This document shows positions 18,866-28,600 of a stretch of DNA of 64,000 nt, piece after piece. The position numbers and the translations under genes are program-made. Location of the stretch: the IMG/VR virus record IMGVR_UViG_3300009428_000006, positions 1-64,000 of that record; one strand, given 5' to 3'. The notes under the pieces are model-generated. The model was not told where the DNA came from. It worked only from the letters and a program-made list of their open reading frames with translations, and did no database searches. Numbering within the stretch: the stretch's first letter is position 1; every line of letters starts with the position of its first letter. This DNA comes from a virus.

Positions 18866-19075
18866 CGATTAGATTCCCTAGTTTGGGGACTAACATACTT
18901 ATATCCAAGTTCCATGAGAGGTATGTTTGACAGTGATACTGTAACTGACTCTATGGATACTGGTTCAAAAACTAAAGTTACCGACTTGTATGAAGAATTA
19001 TATAGTCAAGTTGATAACGCTTATAATCCATATAGTTTGATTGGCTTTGTGGATGATGAAGATGTCTTCATGTGA
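18866..19075 (+). CDS. terL: terminase large subunit, exon 2
   Basis: RLDSLVWGLTYL...DEDVFM*; carries the conserved C-terminal nuclease Asp motif. Confidence 0.88.
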   Translation, partial: RLDSLVWGLTYLYPSSMRGMFDSDTVTDSMDTGSKTKVTDLYEELYSQVDNAYNPYSLIGFVDDEDVFM

Positions 19076-19100
19076 AGATATTAAATAAAGAGGAGGATTA

Positions 19101-20645
19101 ATGGCTGAAAGCAACAATGACCCACTAAATACCCTCATTGATAGTCCCGTATTAGATAACGGGAAAGTCCCGAAGCCAGCAGGTGAATCTGATGGTTATG
19201 TAGATTGTAGCCTCTACACGGACGAAAGAAACCCCATACCTAGTCTAAAAACTATAGGTGGAAAGGTTGAGGTATTTAACCAGATGCAGATTAACTCTAC
19301 AATCTCTGGTATTATACTTGCTTTTAAATCATTATGTCAAACTCCTAAACTTATTGTAACTGAAAACCCAGATGACCCTGATAGGGAACGGGCAAGTAAG
19401 CGAGCTAAGTTCTTAGAGGAATGTCTTGATGATATGCAGACACCATTTTCTGATGTAATTGCAGAGATACTTGATATGCTCGCTATGGGCTTCAAGATAA
19501 TGGTTCCTCAATTCAAGGCAAGAACAGGTTACGATAATAATCCTAGTTTTAATAGTAGATACTATGATGGCAAGATAGGTTGGAAATCCTTCCTACCAGT
19601 CAACCCTAAGACTATTTACAAGTGGAACTCTCCAAGAGGGACAGGCTTCCTAGGGTTAACAGGTATCACACAATTATCACCATACGATGCAAAAGAGGTA
19701 GAAATACCTCGCTCTCGTATGTTGTTATTTAGAACTACTGCATCTAACAATGATCCAACAGGTAAGAGTTTACTTGAAGGTGCATACTTAGATTGGCTTG
19801 ACTTAGTTGATGCTAACAAGATACAGATGACAGGTCTCCGTAGGAGCCTTGAGGGTATACCATATGCTCGTATTCATTCTAAGCTAGCCAATGATGCTAA
19901 GAATAACAAGTCCGCTGCTGCGGCTGTACAGGCCGTTAAAAAGGCTGTTCTTAATATTGATGCACGTAAGGATGAAGCATTTATCCTACCAGCAGATAGA
20001 GATGAGCATAATAACCTATTAGCTGAAGTCCGTATTATGGGCTCAAGTGATGGTGGTGGTAACTCTAAGATCCAAGATGCTAAGATTATCATTGATCAGA
20101 AAGAGCAGTCAATAGCTCGTTCAATGCTTGCACAGTTCATGACTATTCAAGGTAAAGGTGGTTCATATGCGTTAAGCAAGAATCAGTCTGAAGTATTCAT
20201 CAATTCACTTCGTGGAATAATGATCCAAATTCAAGGTATTATGAACAATGAGGCAATCCCTCGTTTGTTTGCTATTAACCGTGAAGGTGTTTCAAAGGGA
20301 GATCATTTCTTACCTAAGATTACATTCTCAGAATTTGTTAAAGATGATGTTACAGAGTTCTTTGGTGCATTGCAGAAGTCTATTGAAATGGGTGTGTTTG
20401 AAGTAACACCTCAGATTCAGAACAAAGCAGCTCAGGTTCTCGGTGTTGATAACTCAGGACAGAAGGAAGGACTAGAAAGACGCTTAAAAGAAAAGGAAGA
20501 GTTTAAGAAACAAACTCAAGCCAGTAGTGTTGATAGTGCGGACAGCTCTGATGGTATAGACCCTCCTGTGAATGATAATGATATTCCAGATACAAAAGCA
20601 AGTGACATTACAGATGATACTCTGAAAAACATCTTAGATGAATGA
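19101..20645 (+). CDS. portal protein
   Basis: Follows terL; 514 aa; NDPTGKSLL, GSYALS motifs (DUF935-like). Confidence 0.85.
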   Translation: MAESNNDPLNTLIDSPVLDNGKVPKPAGESDGYVDCSLYTDERNPIPSLKTIGGKVEVFNQMQINSTISGIILAFKSLCQTPKLIVTENPDDPDRERASKRAKFLEECLDDMQTPFSDVIAEILDMLAMGFKIMVPQFKARTGYDNNPSFNSRYYDGKIGWKSFLPVNPKTIYKWNSPRGTGFLGLTGITQLSPYDAKEVEIPRSRMLLFRTTASNNDPTGKSLLEGAYLDWLDLVDANKIQMTGLRRSLEGIPYARIHSKLANDAKNNKSAAAAVQAVKKAVLNIDARKDEAFILPADRDEHNNLLAEVRIMGSSDGGGNSKIQDAKIIIDQKEQSIARSMLAQFMTIQGKGGSYALSKNQSEVFINSLRGIMIQIQGIMNNEAIPRLFAINREGVSKGDHFLPKITFSEFVKDDVTEFFGALQKSIEMGVFEVTPQIQNKAAQVLGVDNSGQKEGLERRLKEKEEFKKQTQASSVDSADSSDGIDPPVNDNDIPDTKASDITDDTLKNILDE

Positions 20646-20653
20646 GGTGATTT

Positions 20654-20956
20654 ATGAGCGGATTTTATTATGATATTAGATTAGTTGATTTAGATCTCAA
20701 CCCATCTCAATTGAATAAGATTAGAGATTATGTCAGAGAAAAGATCCGTGATGTCGCTGCTGTTGATTCGGGGGAGTTTCTAAGAAGCTTAGCTACCCGA
20801 TGGAATAAGAGTACAAAGATACTCACTATTTATTCCCCTCTATCTTACTCAGGTTATATAGAAAGTGGGAATATCAATTATATGTACCATAAAGAGAAGG
20901 TCAAAAAGGCATTAAGTTCTATGGGGCTTAAGCCATCACCTATTCGGTACTATTAA
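20654..20956 (+). CDS. hypothetical head-region protein
   Basis: ORF with RBS in the head module. Confidence 0.55.
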   Translation: MSGFYYDIRLVDLDLNPSQLNKIRDYVREKIRDVAAVDSGEFLRSLATRWNKSTKILTIYSPLSYSGYIESGNINYMYHKEKVKKALSSMGLKPSPIRYY

Positions 20957-20966
20957 CGGAGGTTAT

Positions 20967-21362
20967 GTGTCAGTAATCATACCAGATATCCGTGAGTTTG
21001 ATGAAGAGAAACGACATGTGTTAGGGCCAGTCCTTATCCCTGATCGGTTTGACCTTCACAATGATGGATTATCTAAGAATGAGGTTGAGTATGCTTGCCA
21101 TTATTATAACAAGAATCATTTTGGAAGCTGTGACTTAAATCACATGTTGCAAGTAGACTGTGCAAGGGTTATTGAATCATACATCTTAGAGGTCGATTGT
21201 GAGATTGACGGAGAAACCTTAGTAGCAGGTACGTGGATGGCTAAGACTGAGATTGATAGAACGCATGTCGGAGACGTAGTGTGGGAAATGCTTATCACAG
21301 GAGAATTGGCAGGATATAGTCCTGAGGGCTCAGTTTTTGAGCATAAGGTATTAGAGGAGTAA
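20967..21362 (+). CDS. XkdF-like prohead protease
   Basis: GPVLIPDRFDLHND, H, ESY, GTW, GELAGYSPEG. Confidence 0.75.
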   Translation: MSVIIPDIREFDEEKRHVLGPVLIPDRFDLHNDGLSKNEVEYACHYYNKNHFGSCDLNHMLQVDCARVIESYILEVDCEIDGETLVAGTWMAKTEIDRTHVGDVVWEMLITGELAGYSPEGSVFEHKVLEE

Positions 21363-21364
21363 TA

Positions 21365-22657
21365 ATGGCTGTAGAGCATAATATCCAACAGATTGATGAA
21401 GAAGGTACAGCAGGTAATGTATTATCTGACTATCAAGTACACACAATCAGTCTAGTTGGCAAAGGCGCGTTAGGTCGTAATATTACTAAGTTAAAAAGTA
21501 ATGAAGAATTTATAGAAACTGAGGAGGGAAAAGCTATCATGTCAAAGATTGATAAAGCTAAAGCTCTCGATGCAGAACAGGCTGAATTAGAAGCAGTTGC
21601 TTCAGAGGAAGTTGTTGAGACTGAAAAGTCAAAGTCTGCTGAAGAGCAAACCCCAGATGTTGAAGCTGAGGTGTCTGAGGACGCACCAGAAGAGACTTCA
21701 GAGGTTGAAGCTGTAGTTGAACAGACTGAGGAAGAAAACCCCTCAGAGGATATTACAGAAGCATCAGAGGAAGAATCTGAACCTGTTGAGAAAGCTAAGG
21801 CTAAAGACAAGGCAAAAGAGGAAGACGAAGATGAGGAAGAAAAAGTAGAAGCTGATCCAGAAGGTGAAGAAGAAGATGCAAAGAAAGCGGTTGAACCGAA
21901 GAATGAAGATGAGAAAGTTGAGAAACAGAAAATGTACTCAATGGACGAATATCTAGAAGCATCTAAATCAGCACTTGATGGTATATCTAAGTTGGTTAAA
22001 GAGATCAAAGCTAAAGCGCCTGAAGCAGAATCTTGGGAAGTGTTTGATGTTATATACGATACCGTTTACACAGTAGATGTGGCAACTTGGTATGATGATA
22101 CAGCCACATGGAACAAGGTATGGGATGAGGTATGGGATGAGGTTAATACTCGTACATCTAAAGCTAAATCTTTAAAAGTAGCTGAAGAAGCAACTCTTGA
22201 TGACAAGTTAAAAGCACTTGAAGTTTCAGACCCTGCACTTGCAGCCTTATTCCGTGAGAATAGTCAGAAAGCTTTACATGCTGAACAAGAACGTGAAGCT
22301 GTTATCCGAGCTAAAGCTCGTGAAGAAGGTGCTGAGAAATACAAACGCATCAGCTCTGAAGAGTGTACTACTGATCAGATCACAGACACAATGATTGATT
22401 TGGAAGTTTCTAATCCAGAAGCTTATTCTATTATTGCAAAAGCTTTGGATAATGCATCGGTAATTACATCTGCTGGTGAGTTATTCCGTGATGTAGGTAG
22501 TTCAGATACCGTCAACACAATGAGCCCAGATGAATTTGTAGAAGTCAAATCTAAGTCTTTAGCTGCTGAGAAAGATAAAGCAGGTGAGTCTTATAATATG
22601 GCTGCACTTCGTGCAACTGTACGTCAATCAGATGAATACGTAGCTAACTACGCTTAA
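21365..22657 (+). CDS. capsid scaffolding protein
   Basis: Very acidic, low complexity; N-terminal ISLVGKGA; directly before the major capsid gene. Confidence 0.7.
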   Translation: MAVEHNIQQIDEEGTAGNVLSDYQVHTISLVGKGALGRNITKLKSNEEFIETEEGKAIMSKIDKAKALDAEQAELEAVASEEVVETEKSKSAEEQTPDVEAEVSEDAPEETSEVEAVVEQTEEENPSEDITEASEEESEPVEKAKAKDKAKEEDEDEEEKVEADPEGEEEDAKKAVEPKNEDEKVEKQKMYSMDEYLEASKSALDGISKLVKEIKAKAPEAESWEVFDVIYDTVYTVDVATWYDDTATWNKVWDEVWDEVNTRTSKAKSLKVAEEATLDDKLKALEVSDPALAALFRENSQKALHAEQEREAVIRAKAREEGAEKYKRISSEECTTDQITDTMIDLEVSNPEAYSIIAKALDNASVITSAGELFRDVGSSDTVNTMSPDEFVEVKSKSLAAEKDKAGESYNMAALRATVRQSDEYVANYA

Positions 22658-22702
22658 TGTCATTTGTAAATAAAAATAATAATAACAATAAAGGAGACAT
22701 TA

Positions 22703-23836
22703 ATGTCTGAACAAGTAAATAAAGCTAAAGCCGTTGTTGGTGGTGAAGCTGGTGTAAACGGTCTATCTTCAGTTCACGTAGATAAGCCACTTTCTGATTT
22801 TTCTGTAAAAGTTGTACAAGATGATACACACTTTAAAGCCCGTCAGATCCTAAGTAACTTTAACTCTAAGCATCGTCAAGATATGTACTACTTCTATGAA
22901 CCTGCATATTTCATGATCAATCAGGTTAAAGAACGTGCAGAGGGTGCAGAAGCAGCTAAGGCTAAATATGGCGTAAGTCGTAAACCATTCACTACTAAAG
23001 TATATGCACTTAAGCAGCCAGTTACAGATGAGACTGTAGCAAATGCTGATAAGCCTATTGATCGTATCTATGAAGATGCAGCTCAATTTGTTACTCGTCA
23101 GTTCCTTCTTAACAAAGAGAAGAAAATGGCTGAAGCTATCCTAGCTGATGGTGTATGGGGTACAGATTGGACAGGCCAAGATGCAGCTCTTACTGATCCA
23201 TTAGCTGTTGTAGAAGCAGGTGCTTTCCAGAAGTTCACAGCAGCAACATCTAAGCCTTTAGATGTATTAGATGAAGCTATGCAGACTATCCAGCTTAAAT
23301 CAGGCTTACGTCCTAACACAATGGTACTAACACGTACTGTATGGACAGCCCTTAAGCGTAATGCTTCAATCAAGACCACTAAGCTATATACTAACGGTAA
23401 CTCTGGTTCTGATGATGCTATCATGGATACTATCGCCAGCCACCTAGGTATCATGGCCTCTGACATCTATGTATTAGATGTGGTTGAGCCAGCTTCAGCA
23501 GCTACAATTGATGGCACTACTTACCAAATCACTACTGATGCAGAAGGCTATGCAACTAATGCTGCTGGTGACACAACTCTTGCTAATCAATTTATTGGTG
23601 GTAATGGTATCTTACTTATGCATGTAGATAAGACTTCAAATGGTCAATACTCAGCAACTGCTGCAGTATGTGCTCAGTGGACTGGTTTATACCCTGATGG
23701 TGGTGAACTAGGTAATACTGTGTTTAAACGCTACCACATGGAAGAATTTAGCTCTGAGTTCATCGAAGGCCGTACAGCCTTTAGCTACCATATCGTAGCA
23801 CCTGCATTAGGTTTATTCTTAAAAGATGTAATCTAA
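22703..23836 (+). CDS. major capsid protein
   Basis: Position, 377 aa, HVDKPLSDFSV, RAEGAE, RPNTMV, highly expressed codon style, terminator downstream. Confidence 0.85.
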   Translation: MSEQVNKAKAVVGGEAGVNGLSSVHVDKPLSDFSVKVVQDDTHFKARQILSNFNSKHRQDMYYFYEPAYFMINQVKERAEGAEAAKAKYGVSRKPFTTKVYALKQPVTDETVANADKPIDRIYEDAAQFVTRQFLLNKEKKMAEAILADGVWGTDWTGQDAALTDPLAVVEAGAFQKFTAATSKPLDVLDEAMQTIQLKSGLRPNTMVLTRTVWTALKRNASIKTTKLYTNGNSGSDDAIMDTIASHLGIMASDIYVLDVVEPASAATIDGTTYQITTDAEGYATNAAGDTTLANQFIGGNGILLMHVDKTSNGQYSATAAVCAQWTGLYPDGGELGNTVFKRYHMEEFSSEFIEGRTAFSYHIVAPALGLFLKDVI

Positions 23837-23860
23837 TAGCTTAAAGCTATAATAAATTAT

Positions 23861-23896
23861 GGGCAAGATGGGAACTCCTGTCTTGCCCTATTTTTC
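23861..23896 (+). terminator. intrinsic terminator after the major capsid gene
   Basis: GGGCAAGA...TCTTGCCC followed by a T tract. Confidence 0.8.
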
Positions 23897-23909
23897 GTAA
23901 GGAGTAAAA

Positions 23910-24407
23910 ATGAGCTTAAAAAGAGAAAATCGAGAGTATGATCCTTGGAACACAGGTACACTCTATGTTCTTAGTGAAAAGCTAATCGCAGATGGATATG
24001 AATTAAAGTTCGGTGACGCATATCCAGAGTATTGCCACTTAGCAGTCATGCACACGCATTTCAACAATGGTGTGATAGGTACTAAAGAAGAGCTTGACAG
24101 TCTACAAGGTCATCCTTTAAAGTTGTATATTGACAATGGTTTTATGATGCCAATTGCCATGTTTGTAGCTAACCCATATGAAGCAGTACCGCCTTCAGAG
24201 TTTAATCCTAATATTGATGCAAGTGCATTAGATGAAGATGAAGATAAATTCTATATGGAAAATGCTGAACTACTGAAGAACAAGAAAGATTTGATAGGCT
24301 ATGCAAAGCAATTTAAAATTAACCTACCTAATAAGACTACAGTTAGCATCAAAAAGATGTTAGAGATTTTAGAACAGGAAGCCAAGAAAAAAGGTCTCCT
24401 TGATTAA
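23910..24407 (+). CDS. hypothetical virion-associated protein
   Basis: Position after the major capsid gene. Confidence 0.6.
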   Translation: MSLKRENREYDPWNTGTLYVLSEKLIADGYELKFGDAYPEYCHLAVMHTHFNNGVIGTKEELDSLQGHPLKLYIDNGFMMPIAMFVANPYEAVPPSEFNPNIDASALDEDEDKFYMENAELLKNKKDLIGYAKQFKINLPNKTTVSIKKMLEILEQEAKKKGLLD

Positions 24408-24416
24408 GGAGTACTT

Positions 24417-25184
24417 ATGTCTACAGTTTTAGATATCCCAGAAAGGGATGGACAAGATGGTGCTACACAGTTAGCATATCTAAGATCATATTTAAAAGAT
24501 ACAGAAATAGGGAACTATACATATAGTGACAATCTTCTTATTGAACTGCTGGTAGAAAGTGACCGTGTAGCTGTGTGGCAAGACCTGACAGGCTACTTAG
24601 GAGAAACCCCTTGGAATTACACCACTACAGCACCAATAAGCTATGAGAGTCGTATAAGGATGCTCACAGGTGACACAGATGAAGGTGCTCTTAGGTATAC
24701 TGATTATGACTTACAGGTATTCTTAGAAACTATCCCCCTGCGTTACATTGTTAAACTTATAAACGCAGAGGGAGACGATAGTGTCACTTATCCTACTAAT
24801 GATGTTAACAATCCTATTTATATTGTGCGGAGATACCTCGGAGACACAGATACCAATAATGTGAAGTATAGAGATGCAGACATAACTCAAATGTTATTCA
24901 ACTCTAGACTAGATCCTTTTGCATTTGTTGCAGAAGAGTTATCAAGATCAGCAGGAGAGGTTGTAAGTGATTCCGTTGCATCTGGTGGTAATGATCTTGC
25001 CTCCTTAGATGGTATCTCATTTAGTGAAGAGGGGAAAAGGACAGATAATCTAGTCAGTGATATATCTTTCATCCAGTCTCAAGCCATCACTTCTGTTTAC
25101 TTTAAAAATCCCGTATACGGTTTCTGGATAGACGGTGAGAACCTTGTTGATACAGAATGGGAGAAGTCTTGGTATGGCATATAA
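24417..25184 (+). CDS. head-tail adaptor-like protein with three internal repeats
   Basis: Three copies of RxxxxDT(E/D)xxxxxYxD. Confidence 0.6.
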   Translation: MSTVLDIPERDGQDGATQLAYLRSYLKDTEIGNYTYSDNLLIELLVESDRVAVWQDLTGYLGETPWNYTTTAPISYESRIRMLTGDTDEGALRYTDYDLQVFLETIPLRYIVKLINAEGDDSVTYPTNDVNNPIYIVRRYLGDTDTNNVKYRDADITQMLFNSRLDPFAFVAEELSRSAGEVVSDSVASGGNDLASLDGISFSEEGKRTDNLVSDISFIQSQAITSVYFKNPVYGFWIDGENLVDTEWEKSWYGI

Positions 25185-25563
25185 TAGAGAGGCTTCTCAA
25201 GTTCAAAAGGCTATTCTAAGAGCAGGAGATGGAGCAGAAGCTGTTTTTAAAACAACAGGAGGTACTGACCCTATTACGGGATTTCCTGACGGCACAGGTC
25301 GAACAGAGGTTCTCAACTTTGTAGTTGTCAACTATTCTAGAGAAGATATAGCAAATCCTGCCCTTGCGAATGGTATGCTGAAAATCTTAGTATCACCTTT
25401 AAAAGTTAGTGGAGAAAGTATTACAGATTTTGTAGACCTAGTGGAAAATAAGGGTCTGAAAATCACCTTGCCAGATGGTAAGAAGTTTACAGCTAAGTAT
25501 TCACAAATAACCAGAGCAGATGGTGTCACACCGATTCTTGCTCGTATATTTCTAGGAGCATAA
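25174..25563 (+). CDS. probable head closure/stopper protein
   Basis: Position; DPITG motif; ATG at 25174. Confidence 0.55.
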   Translation: MAYNREASQVQKAILRAGDGAEAVFKTTGGTDPITGFPDGTGRTEVLNFVVVNYSREDIANPALANGMLKILVSPLKVSGESITDFVDLVENKGLKITLPDGKKFTAKYSQITRADGVTPILARIFLGA

Positions 25564-25564
25564 T

Positions 25565-26074
25565 ATGTCAGTATTTGTAGACCTAGATATTAGGTTAAAA
25601 CTGAACACACACTTATACACACTAGGAACAGAGACAGGGGATAATGGCAAAAGTCGTCAACTGGATACATCTGTATATGGATTTCCAGCTTTCCCCACAG
25701 CAGATATATTTGTAGCGGAAGGAGAGAGAGCAGAGAATAAGCCACAGGATAAATCTTGGGTGGAACACTTTTTAGTAAAATCTCCTCAAACAATATACAC
25801 ACCTGCTGGTTGCGGTATCTCAAGAAAAGCATACCAGTATGGTATATGGGTAAAGACACCTTTAGAATATGGATCTGTTTACAATGAAATGATAGCAGGT
25901 CTTATTGAAGAGCACTTCCCCAACAACATGCACATATCTTTAGATAATGGCAATACCCTTACAATTTTAAAAACATATCAACAAGCTACTGTGGTTACTG
26001 ATAGTGACTCAGGTAGGATGTTTAACAGAGTTTTCATAGATTGTGAGAACTACTTTAATAATAATAATAAATAG
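25565..26074 (+). CDS. probable tail terminator protein
   Basis: Position before the tail tube gene. Confidence 0.5.
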   Translation: MSVFVDLDIRLKLNTHLYTLGTETGDNGKSRQLDTSVYGFPAFPTADIFVAEGERAENKPQDKSWVEHFLVKSPQTIYTPAGCGISRKAYQYGIWVKTPLEYGSVYNEMIAGLIEEHFPNNMHISLDNGNTLTILKTYQQATVVTDSDSGRMFNRVFIDCENYFNNNNK

Positions 26075-26085
26075 GAGAATATTCT

Positions 26086-27324
26086 ATGGCAACACTCTTT
26101 AAGGGTGATAACTCTACAATTACATTAGTAGAGGAAGATCAGGGTTGGGCAAAACCACCTTCAAGTTATGCAGGTGGCAAGTTCTTCCAGAATAATGATG
26201 GAAGTTTCGATGAGACACGTGGTACTATTGAATCAGAAGCGAGTACACCTAATGCACAGTTAGACAGTGTTCGACTTGGTAATAAGAATGTAGCAGGTTC
26301 ATTTCCTGTTGAGATTGACCCTGAGAATTACACAGCATTGCTGGAATCCGCTTTGTATGGTGAAGCAACATTAAGTGGTACAGATGTAAGTCTTACCGCA
26401 GTAGATGTTTCTGGTACTAAGAAATTTGAACTTGTAATCCCAATGACAACAGGTGAGCAAGCTACAGCAGGTATCTCTGTAGGTACTATCTTTAATCTTG
26501 TAGTAGAAGCACCACTGGCAAGCCTTTCAGATATTGCAGTAGTTGAATCTGTTACAGCTACAGATGTCACATTCTACTGCCCAGCTCAGAAATCAGAAAC
26601 ACTTGCAACTACCTCTGTAGATCTTACAGTTGAGTCTATTGAGAATATCCGACCTGATCGTAGTATTAAATCTTTCAATGCAGAAGAGATTTTGTATTCA
26701 GAGGATGGTGCAACTATTGCACGATTTATGACAGCAGGTTGTGTAGTTTCTGGTGTGTCTTTTGATCTTCCTTCTGATGCGTCTGCTAAGGCAACATTTT
26801 CAATGTTAGCATCAGGAAAATATGCAGGTCAAGAGTATAGTACATTTGATCCTACACTAACAGACAGTACAGATGCACACACAAGTGTATTGCCTCACGT
26901 AAAATATGACCCACTTGTACTTCAAGATGGTGAATTAATTTCTAACGAAACTAATACACGTTGTATTTGGATGTCAGGGTCTGTGGGTATTGAAAATGGC
27001 ACAGAGACTCACTTCGTAGGTTGTGATTTTGATGCAATTGGTACAGTGTCTGGTAAGTTACGAATCACACTTGACTATGAAGCATTGTTCCAAAGTGAAG
27101 ACGACTTCGTATCTTTCCGAAATGAGAAATACAACAAAGTACTTCTTAAATTGAAAGACCGAGCAAGTGATAAATCTTTAATTATCTATCTGCCAGCCTT
27201 TAAAGCTACAGCGTACACATTGAATAATCCAAACTCTGGACTTGTAACTGCGAGTATCAGTGGCATGGCTACAGTTGATGCAGGAGCTGGAGACAGCCTT
27301 GTTATTGGTGTTTTAAATGGCTAA
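26086..27324 (+). CDS. major tail tube protein
   Basis: Beta-rich, S/T-rich; IESE...RLG..VAG motif; precedes chaperone and tape measure. Confidence 0.78.
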   Translation: MATLFKGDNSTITLVEEDQGWAKPPSSYAGGKFFQNNDGSFDETRGTIESEASTPNAQLDSVRLGNKNVAGSFPVEIDPENYTALLESALYGEATLSGTDVSLTAVDVSGTKKFELVIPMTTGEQATAGISVGTIFNLVVEAPLASLSDIAVVESVTATDVTFYCPAQKSETLATTSVDLTVESIENIRPDRSIKSFNAEEILYSEDGATIARFMTAGCVVSGVSFDLPSDASAKATFSMLASGKYAGQEYSTFDPTLTDSTDAHTSVLPHVKYDPLVLQDGELISNETNTRCIWMSGSVGIENGTETHFVGCDFDAIGTVSGKLRITLDYEALFQSEDDFVSFRNEKYNKVLLKLKDRASDKSLIIYLPAFKATAYTLNNPNSGLVTASISGMATVDAGAGDSLVIGVLNG

Positions 27325-27742
27325 TTCACTTTCAGCGGCTATTAAGGCTACTGTTCGTGAACTGGAGATGATCAAGCAAGACTTGATCATCTCTCATCAA
27401 GTGACTATGTATGAGATTGGAGAGAGGCTTGTTTATTATACACCCTTGAAGACAGGTCTCGCCTCTAATAATTGGAATGTTACAGCAGACGGCACAACAG
27501 AGGCAGAGAGAGGGGCAGGGTTTGAAGGCGGAAAAGGTCTATCATCTTTAAATGCGATTTCATACCAAGTCAAAGATTTATATAAGAAACCAGAATCACT
27601 GTTCTATAATCCTGTAGACTACATATGGGATCTAGAAGCAGGTAGTTCAAGACAGGCTCCTAATGGAATGGTGACACCAACAGTTCCTCAAGTGGAGAAT
27701 ATTTGGATATATAATTTACAGAAGAACGGATTAATAGGATAA
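27317..27742 (+). CDS. neck/tail completion protein (HK97 gp10-like)
   Basis: TPLKTGLASNNW, YNPVDY, LEAGSSRQAPNGMV. Confidence 0.75.
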   Translation: MANSLSAAIKATVRELEMIKQDLIISHQVTMYEIGERLVYYTPLKTGLASNNWNVTADGTTEAERGAGFEGGKGLSSLNAISYQVKDLYKKPESLFYNPVDYIWDLEAGSSRQAPNGMVTPTVPQVENIWIYNLQKNGLIG

Positions 27743-27753
27743 GGAAACATTTA

Positions 27754-28233
27754 ATGGCAAAGTTTGCAATTAGCGGAACACAATTCCGAACAGTTAAGAA
27801 AGATATCAAATTAGATATTATAGGTAAAGATGGCAAGGTACAAAAAGACACTGTGGTAGGTTGGGTAGAGATTCGAGGAGAAGATGATCCTATTTATCAA
27901 AAGCGAGTAGCTCCTCATATCATTGCTTATCAAGAAGATACTGAACTTGCTCGTAAAGAGATTCAAGAGATCAAAGAGAAAGCTGAAAAAGATAAAGTAG
28001 AGGATGTTGATATTAGTGTTCCTCAGGAGAAGTTTAAAGAAGCCATTGAGAGCTTCATGAGAGAGGCTGTAATTGCATCAATTGAAAAATGGGATGAAGG
28101 GTTCTTTGAAGGTGAATACTCTCCTCAGAGAGCTTCTGAGTTGTTCTCAGACCCAGCTAATAATCACATCTATAACCAACTAGCAGCTCTTATTAAGGAT
28201 AGAGAGGCTTTTTTGCCAAGTGCAAGTGCATAG
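27754..28233 (+). CDS. tail assembly chaperone (gpG-like)
   Basis: Upstream of the tape measure gene; slippery site at the 3' end. Confidence 0.8.
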   Translation: MAKFAISGTQFRTVKKDIKLDIIGKDGKVQKDTVVGWVEIRGEDDPIYQKRVAPHIIAYQEDTELARKEIQEIKEKAEKDKVEDVDISVPQEKFKEAIESFMREAVIASIEKWDEGFFEGEYSPQRASELFSDPANNHIYNQLAALIKDREAFLPSASA

Positions 28234-28589
28234 TTGTAGAATGGATAGAATTACACGCTGCACTTGATGTTCCAGTAAGGAAAGGTAAGAAAGTACATGT
28301 TGCCAGAAATGCTCATAAACTCAAAGAAGAGAAGTTTGGTGAAAAGTCTGACTTGTTAGAAAGAGAGCGTAATCTAGACATTTCAGATGTAGGATCATTG
28401 ATTGATCTTTTCTGGGATGTGCATTACCTTAGGGAGCAAAGTACGGACTTAGGAGTCCCTTCTTTTAATCCTACCAAGATGAGGGATCACTTTGAACTCT
28501 CAGGCAGGAAGGTGAGTAAATGGGAATACAAAGTTCTAATGGAAATGGATCTTGCATATAGAGCTACAGTAATAGATAATTATAAATAG
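28209..28589 (+). CDS. tail chaperone -1 frameshift extension (gpGT-like)
   Basis: T TTT TTG at 28209-28215; the -1 frame is open from there through track ORF 28353..28589. Confidence 0.8.
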   Translation, partial: FFAKCKCIVVEWIELHAALDVPVRKGKKVHVARNAHKLKEEKFGEKSDLLERERNLDISDVGSLIDLFWDVHYLREQSTDLGVPSFNPTKMRDHFELSGRKVSKWEYKVLMEMDLAYRATVIDNYK

Positions 28590-28600
28590 GAGCAAAGCTT

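Noticed and set aside
21433-22008. 191-aa Ser-rich antisense ORF and similar shadow ORFs opposite or inside long genes
   Set aside because: Mirror of GAA/GAG-rich coding on the other strand; no RBS or motifs
22117-22142. 12-bp tandem repeat GGTATGGGATGA in the scaffold gene
   Set aside because: Simple in-frame peptide repeat (VWDE); no sign of a separate function
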